The notes under the pieces were generated by a model that saw only the letters and a program-made list of their open reading frames with translations, did not search any database and was not told the origin of the DNA. The position numbers were made by a program, and so were the translations under genes. This document shows, piece after piece, positions 8,916 through 18,214 of a DNA stretch of 64,000 nt. The stretch comes from Candidatus Omnitrophota bacterium (GTDB lineage: Bacteria > Omnitrophota > Gorgyraeia > Duberdicusellales > 4484-171): assembly GCA_021735655.1 (NCBI GenBank), contig JAIPGM010000002.1, forward strand, positions 1 through 64,000, given 5' to 3'. Positions within the stretch are counted from its first letter, which is position 1. The number at the start of each line of letters is the position of its first letter.

Positions 8916-10201
8916 TGAAAAGAGTCATAGCGATATATCGTTGGGGACTCATATTGATAACCGGATTTGTTTTATTATTTTTGCCGAAACTTGCCCAAGC
9001 CGAGATACACGCTGAAACTATAGAGTATAAAGACGGCGAGGTTATTTTGGAAGGGTATCTTGCTTATGATGACTCAATAAAAGAAAAACGTCCCGGGGTT
9101 TTAGTCGTGCATGAGTGGACAGGCATAAACGATTATATAAAACAACGTGTTAATCAATTGGCAGAAGAAGGTTATATAGCTTTTGCGGCTGATATTTATG
9201 GTAAAAGCATCAGACCGCAAAATAAGGAAGAAGCGGCTAAGCAGGCGGGCATTTACCGTGCCGACCGTAAACTCATGCGCAGAAGGGTACAGGCGGGTTT
9301 GGCCTGCCTTAAAAAAAATCCGATCACCGACCCTTCGCGTATTGCCGCGATAGGTTATTGTTTCGGCGGTGGCGTGGTCTTGGAGCTTGCCCGAAGCGGA
9401 GCTGATGTCGAGGGAGTGGTAAGCTTTCATGGCAACCTGGATACTCCTAACCCGGAAGACGCCGGAATGATAAAAGCGAAAGTGCTGGTTCTTCATGGTG
9501 CCGATGATCCCCATGTTCCAATGAGACAGGTAAAAGATTTTGAGAGGGAAATGGACCGGGCAAATGTGGATTGGCGCATGGTAAGTTACAAAGGCGCTGT
9601 CCATAGTTTTACGAATCCGGCGTCCGGAAACGATCCTTCCACGGGCGCGGCTTACAACAAAGAAGCGGATATGAATTCATGGAAAGAAATGATTGCCTTC
9701 TTTAATAAAATATTTCACGATTATAATTGGCCTTTAGAGGCTATGGCAAATATTACCGATACTAGTGGTAAAGAAGTAGGGAAGGTGCTGTTTAGGGAAA
9801 ACGAAGGCCGCGGAGTAACCATAGATTTAAAGCTACATTCATTTTTACCGGGCAGGCACGCTTTTCATATACATGAATTTCCTGTTTGTGATGCGCCGGA
9901 CTTTAAATCAGCAGGAGGGCATTTTAATCCTTATGGAAAACAGCATGGGTTTCTGAACGAAAAAGGCCACCATGCCGGGGATTTGCCAAATATCATTGTA
10001 GAGGAAAATGGTAATTGCCAGATGTCTTTCACTACGACACAGATAACTTTAAGAAAAGATAAGGAAAATTCTATATTAAGAAAGTTTGGGACATCTCTGG
10101 TGATTCATGAGCTGCCGGATGATTATTTCACCGATCCGGCCGGAGGCGGCGGCAAGAGGCTTGCCTGCGGAACAATAAAAGAAGTGGAGGTAAAAAGGTG
10201 A
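8915..10201 (+). CDS. Secreted dienelactone hydrolase - Cu/Zn superoxide dismutase fusion
   Basis: Signal peptide. DLH-family core (VLVVHEWTGIN ... GYCFGGG ... LVLHGADD). C-terminal SodC motifs (HAFHIHEFPVCD ... GGHFNPYGKQHG ... HAGDLPNI ... LVIHELPDD ... RLACGTI). Confidence 0.75.
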   Translation: MKRVIAIYRWGLILITGFVLLFLPKLAQAEIHAETIEYKDGEVILEGYLAYDDSIKEKRPGVLVVHEWTGINDYIKQRVNQLAEEGYIAFAADIYGKSIRPQNKEEAAKQAGIYRADRKLMRRRVQAGLACLKKNPITDPSRIAAIGYCFGGGVVLELARSGADVEGVVSFHGNLDTPNPEDAGMIKAKVLVLHGADDPHVPMRQVKDFEREMDRANVDWRMVSYKGAVHSFTNPASGNDPSTGAAYNKEADMNSWKEMIAFFNKIFHDYNWPLEAMANITDTSGKEVGKVLFRENEGRGVTIDLKLHSFLPGRHAFHIHEFPVCDAPDFKSAGGHFNPYGKQHGFLNEKGHHAGDLPNIIVEENGNCQMSFTTTQITLRKDKENSILRKFGTSLVIHELPDDYFTDPAGGGGKRLACGTIKEVEVKR

Positions 10202-10713
10202 AGATAGCAGTATTAGTAGAGGATCATTATCAGGTTTTGGAGGTTTGGTATCCATATTTACGCCTTAAGGAAGAAGGTATAGAAACGGTTTTCGTCGGAC
10301 CGGGACGGAAAAAAGAATACGGTAGCAAGGAAGGCTATCCTGCCCCCGAAGAGACATCGGTAGAAACAGCTAGTGTGGATGATTTTGACGGGGTGATTGT
10401 ACCCGGCGGTTACGCTCCTGACTTGTTGCGAAGGTCAAAGAAGATAGTCGATTTTGTGAAAAATATAAATAAACAAAAGAAACTTGTTGCCGCCATATGC
10501 CATGCCGGTTGGGTCTTGGTTTCCGCCGGCATATTGAAGGGAAAGAAGGCGACCTGTTTTTCCGCCATAAAAGACGACGTCGTCAATGCCGGCGCGGAAT
10601 TTATCGACAAGGCGGTCGTTGTTGATGGCAATATAGTAACATCCCGCACTCCGTATGATCTTGGGCCGTTTTGCCGAGAGATCATAAAATTTCTAAAGAG
10701 TAAGGGACGTTAA
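10198..10713 (+). CDS. DJ-1/PfpI family protein
   Basis: AAICHAGWVL nucleophile-elbow motif. 171 aa. Confidence 0.8.
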   Translation: MKIAVLVEDHYQVLEVWYPYLRLKEEGIETVFVGPGRKKEYGSKEGYPAPEETSVETASVDDFDGVIVPGGYAPDLLRRSKKIVDFVKNINKQKKLVAAICHAGWVLVSAGILKGKKATCFSAIKDDVVNAGAEFIDKAVVVDGNIVTSRTPYDLGPFCREIIKFLKSKGR

Positions 10714-10747
10714 AAACAAATTTGTAGTTTAGCGGAGGAGGTAGATC

Positions 10748-11497
10748 ATGGATAAAGCCGATAGATTAGCCGGCCTTTTAAAGCGGCTCAATACCGGGGA
10801 AAATCCGGAAAGCGTGAAGAAGGAGGCCAAAGAATTCTTGGCGGCCCTTGACCCGAAAGACCTTTCATTGGCAGAGCAGAAGTTGATTGAGGCCGGGCTT
10901 TCGTATGAAGACTTACGTAACCTCTGTTGTGTCCACATGGAGGTACTTAAGGGCCAGCTGGAGAATATGAAGATAAAATTAAGCCCGGGGCATGTGATCC
11001 ATACAATGGTTGCCGAGCACGATATGATTTTGGGGTTTTTAGACCAACTTGAGAAGGTGAATAACAACATTCAGAAAATGGACCGATTCAACAGTGACAG
11101 GGAAGAATTTAAAGAATTAAAGCATATTGCCGAGCATCTTGTCGGTTCCGAACCGCATCACAAGCGTGAAGAGGATGTCGTATTCCCTGAGATGGAAAAG
11201 AAAGGGGTCTCGGCGCCGCAGAAGATAATGAGGATGGAGCATGAAGTACTGCGCGCCCGCAAGAAAGACCTTCTTGGTTTGGTGTCGAAGGCGCAGGTGA
11301 TGGATTTTAACGAATTCAAAAGTGAACTCGCGGCAACAGCGGGTTATATAATGTTTACTCTGCGTGAGCATATTTTCAAGGAAAACAATATTCTTTACCC
11401 CACGGCCATTGAAATCATTGATGAACAAGAAAGCTGGGATAGAATGAAGAAAGAGTGCGATACGATAGGGTACTGCTGCTTTACTCCGGAGCGGTGA
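10748..11497 (+). CDS. Hemerythrin-like (HHE cation-binding) / DUF438 domain protein
   Basis: His/Glu-rich helices (HTMVAEHDMI, HIAEHL, EHEVL, REHIFKEN) typical of a hemerythrin-like four-helix bundle. Confidence 0.55.
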   Translation: MDKADRLAGLLKRLNTGENPESVKKEAKEFLAALDPKDLSLAEQKLIEAGLSYEDLRNLCCVHMEVLKGQLENMKIKLSPGHVIHTMVAEHDMILGFLDQLEKVNNNIQKMDRFNSDREEFKELKHIAEHLVGSEPHHKREEDVVFPEMEKKGVSAPQKIMRMEHEVLRARKKDLLGLVSKAQVMDFNEFKSELAATAGYIMFTLREHIFKENNILYPTAIEIIDEQESWDRMKKECDTIGYCCFTPER

Positions 11498-11690
11498 AGG
11501 CGGCCGGCGTCCGATTCCATCCCTGCCCGCGTGCTAGCCTGAAAATGCGCTCATCATTAAAGGGGCGGATGAAAAAGATTCAGAACACCCCATAAAAGAA
11601 ATGGTACGTTTCGGGGTAGAGGGAATAACTTTTGCCGAGGCTGTCAAAGATTCCTAAGTTGTTGATATCTTAAGGGGGGGGTGAGACGAT

Positions 11691-12629
11691 ATGGCTGATG
11701 ATTACGACGTGATTATCATCGGTGGCGGCCCTGCGGGATTAACCGCAGGTATCTACGCCGCCCGGACCGGATTATATACGCTGGTCATCGACAAGAATAT
11801 TCTTGCCGGTGCATTAGGCTCTACGTCAAGAATAGAAAATTACCCCGGCATTCTTAAACCGTGTTCCGGCCGGACGCTGATCGGTAAACTCCGGCGGCAG
11901 GCTCAAAAGTTTGGGGCTGAGCTTGTGCGAGAGCGCGTGTTACACACCGAACTGGAGGGTCCCGTCAAAAAGGTCGTTTCCGAAGCCCGGGAATACCGCT
12001 CTCGTAGCCTGATTGTCGCCAGCGGGGCCATGGGGAGGAAGGCTTCGGTGGACGGCGAAAAGGAGTTCCTGGGCAAAGGGGTGAGTTACTGCGCGGTATG
12101 TGATGCGCCTTTCTTTCGCGGCAAGAAGGTTGCCCTGGTGGGAGGTATCGAGGAAATAAGTCAGGAGATCGGGGTTATCGCCAAATTCGCCAGTGCGATA
12201 TATATTGTAAGTCTTCAGGCGATAGATAGTCCAGGGAAGAAGACGATCGACTTCGCTGATAACCTTACCGTTTTCACTAACCACCGGTTGAGCAAGATCT
12301 ATGGGGCAAGGGCCGTTGAGGGTGTTGAAATAATCTCGGCCGGGGGCCAGCGAAAACAGATCGCGGTCGATGGGGTATTTATGTATCTGCACGGCAATCG
12401 GCCGCTGGTCGATTTCCTTGGTGATCATTTGAAAACTGGAAGCGATCGCTGTTTGATTGTAAATAGAGAGGATATGTCTACTTCCCTCGAAGGGGTGTTC
12501 GCTGCCGGCGATGTTATATGTACCAGGATCCGCCAGGCTGTGGTCGCGGCTTCAGAGGGGTGCATTGCCGCTCTTTCGGCGGAGAAATATATTATGCAGA
12601 GGCGGTCGCCTCGTGCGCAATGGCACTGA
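11691..12629 (+). CDS. Thioredoxin reductase-like FAD/NAD(P) disulfide oxidoreductase (GC-rich copy)
   Basis: DVIIIGGGPAGLTAGIYAAR, redox CAVCDA, second Rossmann GKKVALVGGIE. Local GC is well above the flanking sequence. Confidence 0.75.
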   Translation: MADDYDVIIIGGGPAGLTAGIYAARTGLYTLVIDKNILAGALGSTSRIENYPGILKPCSGRTLIGKLRRQAQKFGAELVRERVLHTELEGPVKKVVSEAREYRSRSLIVASGAMGRKASVDGEKEFLGKGVSYCAVCDAPFFRGKKVALVGGIEEISQEIGVIAKFASAIYIVSLQAIDSPGKKTIDFADNLTVFTNHRLSKIYGARAVEGVEIISAGGQRKQIAVDGVFMYLHGNRPLVDFLGDHLKTGSDRCLIVNREDMSTSLEGVFAAGDVICTRIRQAVVAASEGCIAALSAEKYIMQRRSPRAQWH

Positions 12630-12901
12630 GCTTGCCGATGAGCATCTGGTCGCGCAAAAGCTGCGGCAGAGGATCGAGGAGGCCGTGGAGCGCTTGCCGC
12701 TCAAATAGCGGGTGACTATCATTCTGCACGGTCCGGAGGGTTTTCTGTTGTCGATGCCGGGGTATCCTTCCTGAACGGCAGGATAAAATTGAACAATTTC
12801 TCTTCAAAAAAACATAAATTTATTGTACCCTTTCGCTTTTTTCGGCATCAAAATATACATAGGGAAGGTGAGTAAAATAGTGGGGCCTAAAAGAATATTA
12901 T

Positions 12902-13402
12902 ATGAAAAATATGAAGGTATTGGGGAATATGGTAAAAGCTGGAGATTTATTAGCGGGGGCGCTTTGCGCGGAAGAAGCCCGGGCTCGCTTGAGTGACTAT
13001 CTTGCCGGAATGATCGGAAACGGAAGAGTTCGAGCGAACTTTAGAGCTTTTTCTAAAGAGGCAATCTCCGCGCAGCAGGAGTTGATCGATTCCCATAAGG
13101 GGTTGTTTCCATGTCCGCGAGAAGGAAACGATTTTTGTAAAGCGTGCCGGGCGAATCCGGAAAGCTTCTCACTCGCCGGAGCCCTGCAGTATGGTGTCGA
13201 ATTAAGCCGGGAGGGGATAGCCTGCTATAAGAGGCTTTCGCGGGGAGCACGCCACACAGACACTAAAAAACGCCTCGGACGGCTTCTCGCGCAGCAGAAG
13301 CGCTACCAAAAGTTTCTAACGAGAGAGCAGCGGTTTGACCGCAGCGAGAATGAAATTTTTAGCTTAGGTTTCTCTACTAAAGAGAGCATACTTGATTCCT
13401 GA
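12902..13402 (+). CDS. Hypothetical protein (Cys-containing, GC-rich)
   Basis: 166-aa ORF in the GC-rich segment. No motif recognised. Confidence 0.35.
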   Translation: MKNMKVLGNMVKAGDLLAGALCAEEARARLSDYLAGMIGNGRVRANFRAFSKEAISAQQELIDSHKGLFPCPREGNDFCKACRANPESFSLAGALQYGVELSREGIACYKRLSRGARHTDTKKRLGRLLAQQKRYQKFLTREQRFDRSENEIFSLGFSTKESILDS

Positions 13403-13711
13403 ACAGCGGCCCTTAAAGAGGCATTCGGGATAAAAAAAGGGGGGGGTGATTACGATGGCCAGACTGAAAAATATCAAGGAAAAGGCTAAGCGGGTAATCG
13501 AAAAAGCAAAAAGTAAAATGAAATGTAAATGTTGAAAGGCCTTGCTGTTAAAGGGAGTGCATTACAAATGAGATGAAAAACAAAAAGGTCAGAAGTGACT
13601 CATCTGCGCAAGATTGCCATTGAATAGCCAGCTAGCATCGTAGCAAGAAAGACTCAAGATCCTCTGCCGACGCTTTAAAAAAAGGGGGTCTTGAGTTTAT
13701 TTTTTCCCTTA

Positions 13712-13756
13712 TTGGACCAAGGTCCAATTTACATCATTTTTTCATTTTGATAATAT
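13712..13756 (+). promoter_or_regulatory. Second copy of the TTGGAC-N4-GTCCAA palindrome + TTTACA-17-TAATAT promoter, upstream of the nrnA ... arsSM operon
   Basis: ttggaccaaggtccaa tttaca tcattttttcattttga taatat. Compare 2818-2862. Confidence 0.55.
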
Positions 13757-13862
13757 CTATGTGTCAATTTAGGGCGGAGCATTCTCCGACAGAAGTTAAC
13801 TTAAAAATAGCCTAAAAATTAGGCAAAAGAGTATGCCGGGTTGCTGGGAAATTAGCTGAAAA

Positions 13863-14816
13863 ATGAGTAATTTAAGGACAATCAAAGAACGAATATTCAA
13901 AGCGAAGGATTTCGTCATCGCCTGCCACCGGAATCCCGATGGCGATTGCATTGGTTCTCTTTTAGCCTTAGGTTTGGGCTTGAAAACTTTAAAAAAAAGA
14001 GTGATTATGGTTTCTCAAGACGGGGTGCCTTTAAGCTATAGAGGGCTACCGGGGGCCAATAAGATAACTAGAAGATTAGGGAAAGTGCCGGATATGGCCA
14101 TAACCGTGGATTGCAACTCAAAAGAAATGGTTGGCAGGCCGTTTAAGACTATACGGAAAGCAAAGTATTTATTAGAAATAGACCACCATGAATTTAGGGA
14201 ACCATATGGCAACATGTTTCTCATAGACACAAAAGCGGCGTCTGTAGGCGAAATGGTTTATAAGTTATTGTATTATTTAAGAATAGGCATAACCAAAGAA
14301 ATAGCCGAAAATATATTAACTTCTATAATTGTTGAGACTAATTCATTCCGGCTTCCTACAGTAAAGCCGGCTACTTTTAACATTTGTTACAAACTCCAGA
14401 AAACCGGAGTGGACTTTCATAAAATTTCCGAAACAGTTTATTGGTCGAAAACTAAACAAGCAGTAATACTTTCCGGCATCTGTATGTCCAAACTCGAATT
14501 TTCGCGAAACGGTCAAATAGCCTGGTCAATAGTATCAAAAAAAGATTTTTCCAGCGTGAAGGGCAGGGACGAAGACGTAGACCCCGTGGCTAACGATATA
14601 CTTGCGATAAAGGCGATCAAGATAGCAGTTTTATTCCGGGAAAAGAGCCAAAATATTTTAAGGGTAAGTTTAAGAGCAAAAGGAGGCATAAATGTTGCCT
14701 CGCTTGCTTATAAATACGGCGGCGGCGGCCATTTTGATTCTGCCGGGTGCCAGATCACTAATACTAAAAAAGAGATCAGAGGTTTTATCGAAGCGGCCAA
14801 GCGGTTATTGAGATGA
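13863..14816 (+). CDS. nrnA: DHH/DHHA1 phosphoesterase (NrnA-like oligoribonuclease / pAp phosphatase)
   Basis: CHRNPDGDCIGS (DHH motifs), IDHHEF, C-terminal GGGGH DHHA1 motif. Confidence 0.8.
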   Translation: MSNLRTIKERIFKAKDFVIACHRNPDGDCIGSLLALGLGLKTLKKRVIMVSQDGVPLSYRGLPGANKITRRLGKVPDMAITVDCNSKEMVGRPFKTIRKAKYLLEIDHHEFREPYGNMFLIDTKAASVGEMVYKLLYYLRIGITKEIAENILTSIIVETNSFRLPTVKPATFNICYKLQKTGVDFHKISETVYWSKTKQAVILSGICMSKLEFSRNGQIAWSIVSKKDFSSVKGRDEDVDPVANDILAIKAIKIAVLFREKSQNILRVSLRAKGGINVASLAYKYGGGGHFDSAGCQITNTKKEIRGFIEAAKRLLR

Positions 14817-15427
14817 AACGTATACTTATTGTTTTTGCCAAAGAGCCTCAGGAAGGCAGGGTAAAAACCCGGCTGTTGGACTGTTTATCCGCTAGAGAAT
14901 GCCTTAAGCTTTATAAGAAGTTGTTAAAAAATACGGTCAGCTTAGCCAGAAAAGTAAAATGTAGCGGAAGAATTATGGCTTATGATTCTTATAATCAAAG
15001 GGCGCCTTTTCTCGAAAGAATAGCTTCGGATTTTACATTTTATAAACAGGCTGGAAGAGGCCTCGGAGCAAGAATGTTTGATGTTTTTAAAGCGATTCTT
15101 AAAAGTAATACTAAAGCGGTGATTATCGGCTCGGATTCACCGAATCTACCGATAAATTATATAGACCGAGCTTTTGAGAAACTTAGTAAAAACGATCTTG
15201 TCTTAGGCCCCGCCGATGACGGCGGCTATTATCTCATTGGCCTTAAACAGCCATGTAAAAAATTATTCGAAAATATAAAATGGAGCTCTGGTACGGTGTT
15301 CGATAGAACGGTCAAGAAGGCAAAAAAACTAAAGAAGAAGACCACTGTTTTGGATTATTGGTATGACATAGATGAGCCAAAAGATTTAAAATATATTAGA
15401 AAAAAGCCTGAAAGTGTTGATCGATGA
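14813..15427 (+). CDS. DUF2064 (TIGR04282-type) glycosyltransferase-partner protein
   Basis: RILIVFAKEPQEGRVKTRL ... GPADDGGYYLIG. Confidence 0.65.
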   Translation: MKRILIVFAKEPQEGRVKTRLLDCLSARECLKLYKKLLKNTVSLARKVKCSGRIMAYDSYNQRAPFLERIASDFTFYKQAGRGLGARMFDVFKAILKSNTKAVIIGSDSPNLPINYIDRAFEKLSKNDLVLGPADDGGYYLIGLKQPCKKLFENIKWSSGTVFDRTVKKAKKLKKKTTVLDYWYDIDEPKDLKYIRKKPESVDR

Positions 15428-16098
15428 AAGTATCAATAATTATACCAACCTATAATGAAGAAAATAGTATCGAGAGTACTTTAGGGCCCTTGATCGGTGA
15501 AAATGGTTGTGAAGTCATTGTTGTGGATGGATATAGCAAGGATAGGACAAAGGAGATCGTCCGTAGCTACCCGGTTATTTTTAAGCAGGCTGGTAAAAAT
15601 AGAGCTAATCAGCTCAATGCGGGCGCCGGCATTGCCGGCGGGGATGTTTTAGTGTTTCTTCACGCTGATTGTATTTTGGAAAAAGGTGGCTTGCCGGCAA
15701 TTATAAATAGTGTTAAAAAGGGGTTTATCGGCGGATGTTCCTCGCAAAGAATAAATTCCTCGGCTTTAATTTATAGGTTCATTGAGGCGTCAGGAAATAT
15801 CCGGGCAAAGCTCTCTCATATCTTTTACGGCGATCAAGCCATTTTTGTCAGAAGAGACATATTCCAAAAAATTGGCGGCTTTGACGATGTCGCCCTGTTT
15901 GAGGATATTATATTTTCCCGAAAACTTAAAAAATACGGCAAGACCTGTACTTTAAAGAATAAGATATTTACATCTGCGCGGCGCTGGGAAAAACAGGGAA
16001 TCATCAAGACGACCTTGATTAACTGGCTGGTCAGTATTGGATTTTTTTTTGGTATCGCCCCGCATATTTTAAAGAAAATATATTCTGAGGTACGGTGA
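15424..16098 (+). CDS. Family 2 glycosyltransferase (TIGR04283-like)
   Basis: VSIIIPTYNEE ... VVDGYSKDRT ... FLHADC. Translationally coupled to the DUF2064 gene. Confidence 0.75.
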   Translation: MKVSIIIPTYNEENSIESTLGPLIGENGCEVIVVDGYSKDRTKEIVRSYPVIFKQAGKNRANQLNAGAGIAGGDVLVFLHADCILEKGGLPAIINSVKKGFIGGCSSQRINSSALIYRFIEASGNIRAKLSHIFYGDQAIFVRRDIFQKIGGFDDVALFEDIIFSRKLKKYGKTCTLKNKIFTSARRWEKQGIIKTTLINWLVSIGFFFGIAPHILKKIYSEVR

Positions 16099-16101
16099 GT
16101 T

Positions 16102-17532
16102 ATGAAATATGATTACGATTTGATTATTCTAGGCGGAGGAGCTGCCGGATTGTTTGCTGCCAGTGTGGCTAATACTTTGGGAGCAAAGGTAGCGATAGTT
16201 GAAAAGCATAGATTAGGCGGGGATTGTACCTGGTACGGATGCATACCGTCTAAAGCGCTCATTAGATCAGCACAGGTTGCTCATAATCTATGCTGCCCGG
16301 AGAAGTTTGGTTTATCTTTAAAGAGGGCCTGCGGCATCGAAGCCGGTTCGGTGATGGCGCATGTCCGGGATGTAACTATTGAAATCGCCGCTCATCATAA
16401 GCCCGAGGATCTAAGAAAGAGAGGGATCGAGATCATCTTCGGTAGCCCTCATTTTATAGATGAAGCAACCGTTAAGGTCAGCGATAAGATATATAAAGCG
16501 AAAAAGTATATCATTTGTACAGGTTCTCATCCGTTTATTCCAACCATAGAGGGCTTAAGGGAAATAGATTATTTGACTAACGAAACCATATTTGATTTAA
16601 AAGAGCTGCCAGGAAGCTTAATTGTTTTAGGCGGCGGGCCGATCGGCATAGAGCTGGCCCAGAGCCTTAAAAGATTGGGTGTTGAAGTCTCGGTAGTGGA
16701 GATGTTAGATAGAATTGTTCCTAAAGAAGACAGAGAAGTAGCAGAAGTTTTGGAGCAAAAGCTAAAAGCCGAAGGCATCAGGCTTATGACATCTCATAAG
16801 GCGGTTAATTTCGTCAAAAATACTGATAAAATAACAGTAACCCTGGAAGATAAGGGAAAAAATAAATCAGAAATCAGCGCCGATAAAGTTTTGGTCGCGG
16901 TGGGAAGGGCTGCGAATATAGCGGGGCTTGATTTAGAACGCTGCGGTGTAAATCACGATAAAAAATCAATTGAAGTAAACAAATTTTTGCAGACAACCAA
17001 CAAGAATATTTTTGCAGCCGGAGATGCGGTCGGCCCTTATATGTTCAGCCATGTAGCAGCTTATCAAGCTTCGATCTGCGTAAGAAATGCGATGTTTAAA
17101 AGATTAGCCTGGCAGAAAGCGAGTTATGAAAATATTGCCTGGGCTACTTTTACCGAACCGGAAGTCGCCCATTTGGGATTGACCGAAGAAGAAGCGAGAA
17201 AAAAATACAAGAAAATAAAAATTTACAAGTCGGATTATATTAAGTCAGACCGGGCGGTTACTGATTTAGAAAAGGACGGTTTAGTCAAAGTTATCTGCGA
17301 GCGAAACGGCAATATAATAGGGGCGCATATTGTTGGAGCCGCTGCCGGAGAAATTATCCAGGGCCTTTCAATAGCTAAATCCCAGAAAATACCTTTAAGT
17401 AAAATTGCCCAAACAATTTTTGTTTACCCTACTTTATCAGAGCTGATCAAGAAAACTGCGGCCTTGAATTTAGTCGAAAAGATGCAAAACCGGCTTATAA
17501 AGTTAGCTCTTAAAATAATGAGGCAAAATTGA
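16102..17532 (+). CDS. Class I pyridine nucleotide-disulfide oxidoreductase (mercuric reductase / dihydrolipoyl dehydrogenase-like)
   Basis: DLIILGGGAAG, redox-active GGDCTWYGCIPSK, second Rossmann LIVLGGGPIGIE, dimerisation-domain HP motif. Confidence 0.75.
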   Translation: MKYDYDLIILGGGAAGLFAASVANTLGAKVAIVEKHRLGGDCTWYGCIPSKALIRSAQVAHNLCCPEKFGLSLKRACGIEAGSVMAHVRDVTIEIAAHHKPEDLRKRGIEIIFGSPHFIDEATVKVSDKIYKAKKYIICTGSHPFIPTIEGLREIDYLTNETIFDLKELPGSLIVLGGGPIGIELAQSLKRLGVEVSVVEMLDRIVPKEDREVAEVLEQKLKAEGIRLMTSHKAVNFVKNTDKITVTLEDKGKNKSEISADKVLVAVGRAANIAGLDLERCGVNHDKKSIEVNKFLQTTNKNIFAAGDAVGPYMFSHVAAYQASICVRNAMFKRLAWQKASYENIAWATFTEPEVAHLGLTEEEARKKYKKIKIYKSDYIKSDRAVTDLEKDGLVKVICERNGNIIGAHIVGAAAGEIIQGLSIAKSQKIPLSKIAQTIFVYPTLSELIKKTAALNLVEKMQNRLIKLALKIMRQN

Positions 17533-17533
17533 T

Positions 17534-18205
17534 ATGGAAAAAAAGCGATTCGTCAAATCGCCATGGTTTAAAACTATATTTATAGTCGCTGCGCTTGTTG
17601 TGGTAATCATAGTCTTAAGGGCTGTTAATGTTGATTTTTCTAATATTAGCGAGGAGAAGTTCAAAAACTGGATTGAGTCTCTCGGTATCTGGGGGCCTCT
17701 AGCCTATATTGTGTTATATATTTTGCGGCCGCTTATTTTATTTCCGGCTGCTGTTTTTTCGGCTGTGGCTGGTATTATCTGGGGAACCGGCCTGGGATTT
17801 CTTATTCTTTTGATCGCCGCTAATTTATCAGCAACAGTGGAATTTATCTTCGCTCGGTATGCTGCACGTCAGATCATAGAAAGACATCTCGGCCAAAGAG
17901 CAGCCACACTTGACAAAAAAATTCAAAAACACGGGTTCGTTACCGTGCTATTGATACGTTTGATACCCAATCTGGCCTGGGACATCCAGAATTTGACTCT
18001 TGGTTTAACCAGCCTGAAGCTCCGGGATTACTTTTTGGCCACACTTATCGGGATCATCCCCGGGTCTTTTGCTTTGGTATTTTTTGGCGCATCCTTTATA
18101 AAGGTTATTTATAACCCCAAGAATGTTTGGATTTTGGGAGTAGCCATTTTAATTTTCGCCGGTATTTATTATTCCAAGAAATATATTGCCAAGAAACACG
18201 GATAG
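17534..18205 (+). CDS. TVP38/TMEM64 (DedA/SNARE-associated) membrane protein
   Basis: Multiple TM helices and a DedA-family core. Commonly paired with the preceding oxidoreductase. Confidence 0.7.
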   Translation: MEKKRFVKSPWFKTIFIVAALVVVIIVLRAVNVDFSNISEEKFKNWIESLGIWGPLAYIVLYILRPLILFPAAVFSAVAGIIWGTGLGFLILLIAANLSATVEFIFARYAARQIIERHLGQRAATLDKKIQKHGFVTVLLIRLIPNLAWDIQNLTLGLTSLKLRDYFLATLIGIIPGSFALVFFGASFIKVIYNPKNVWILGVAILIFAGIYYSKKYIAKKHG

Positions 18206-18214
18206 AGGTTTTTC

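Noticed and set aside
12511-12807. Three overlapping ORFs (two +, one -) at the 3' end of the GC-rich trxR-like gene
   Set aside because: Arg/Gly-rich translations typical of off-frame reading of GC-rich DNA. They overlap the end of the real gene and the non-coding spacer.
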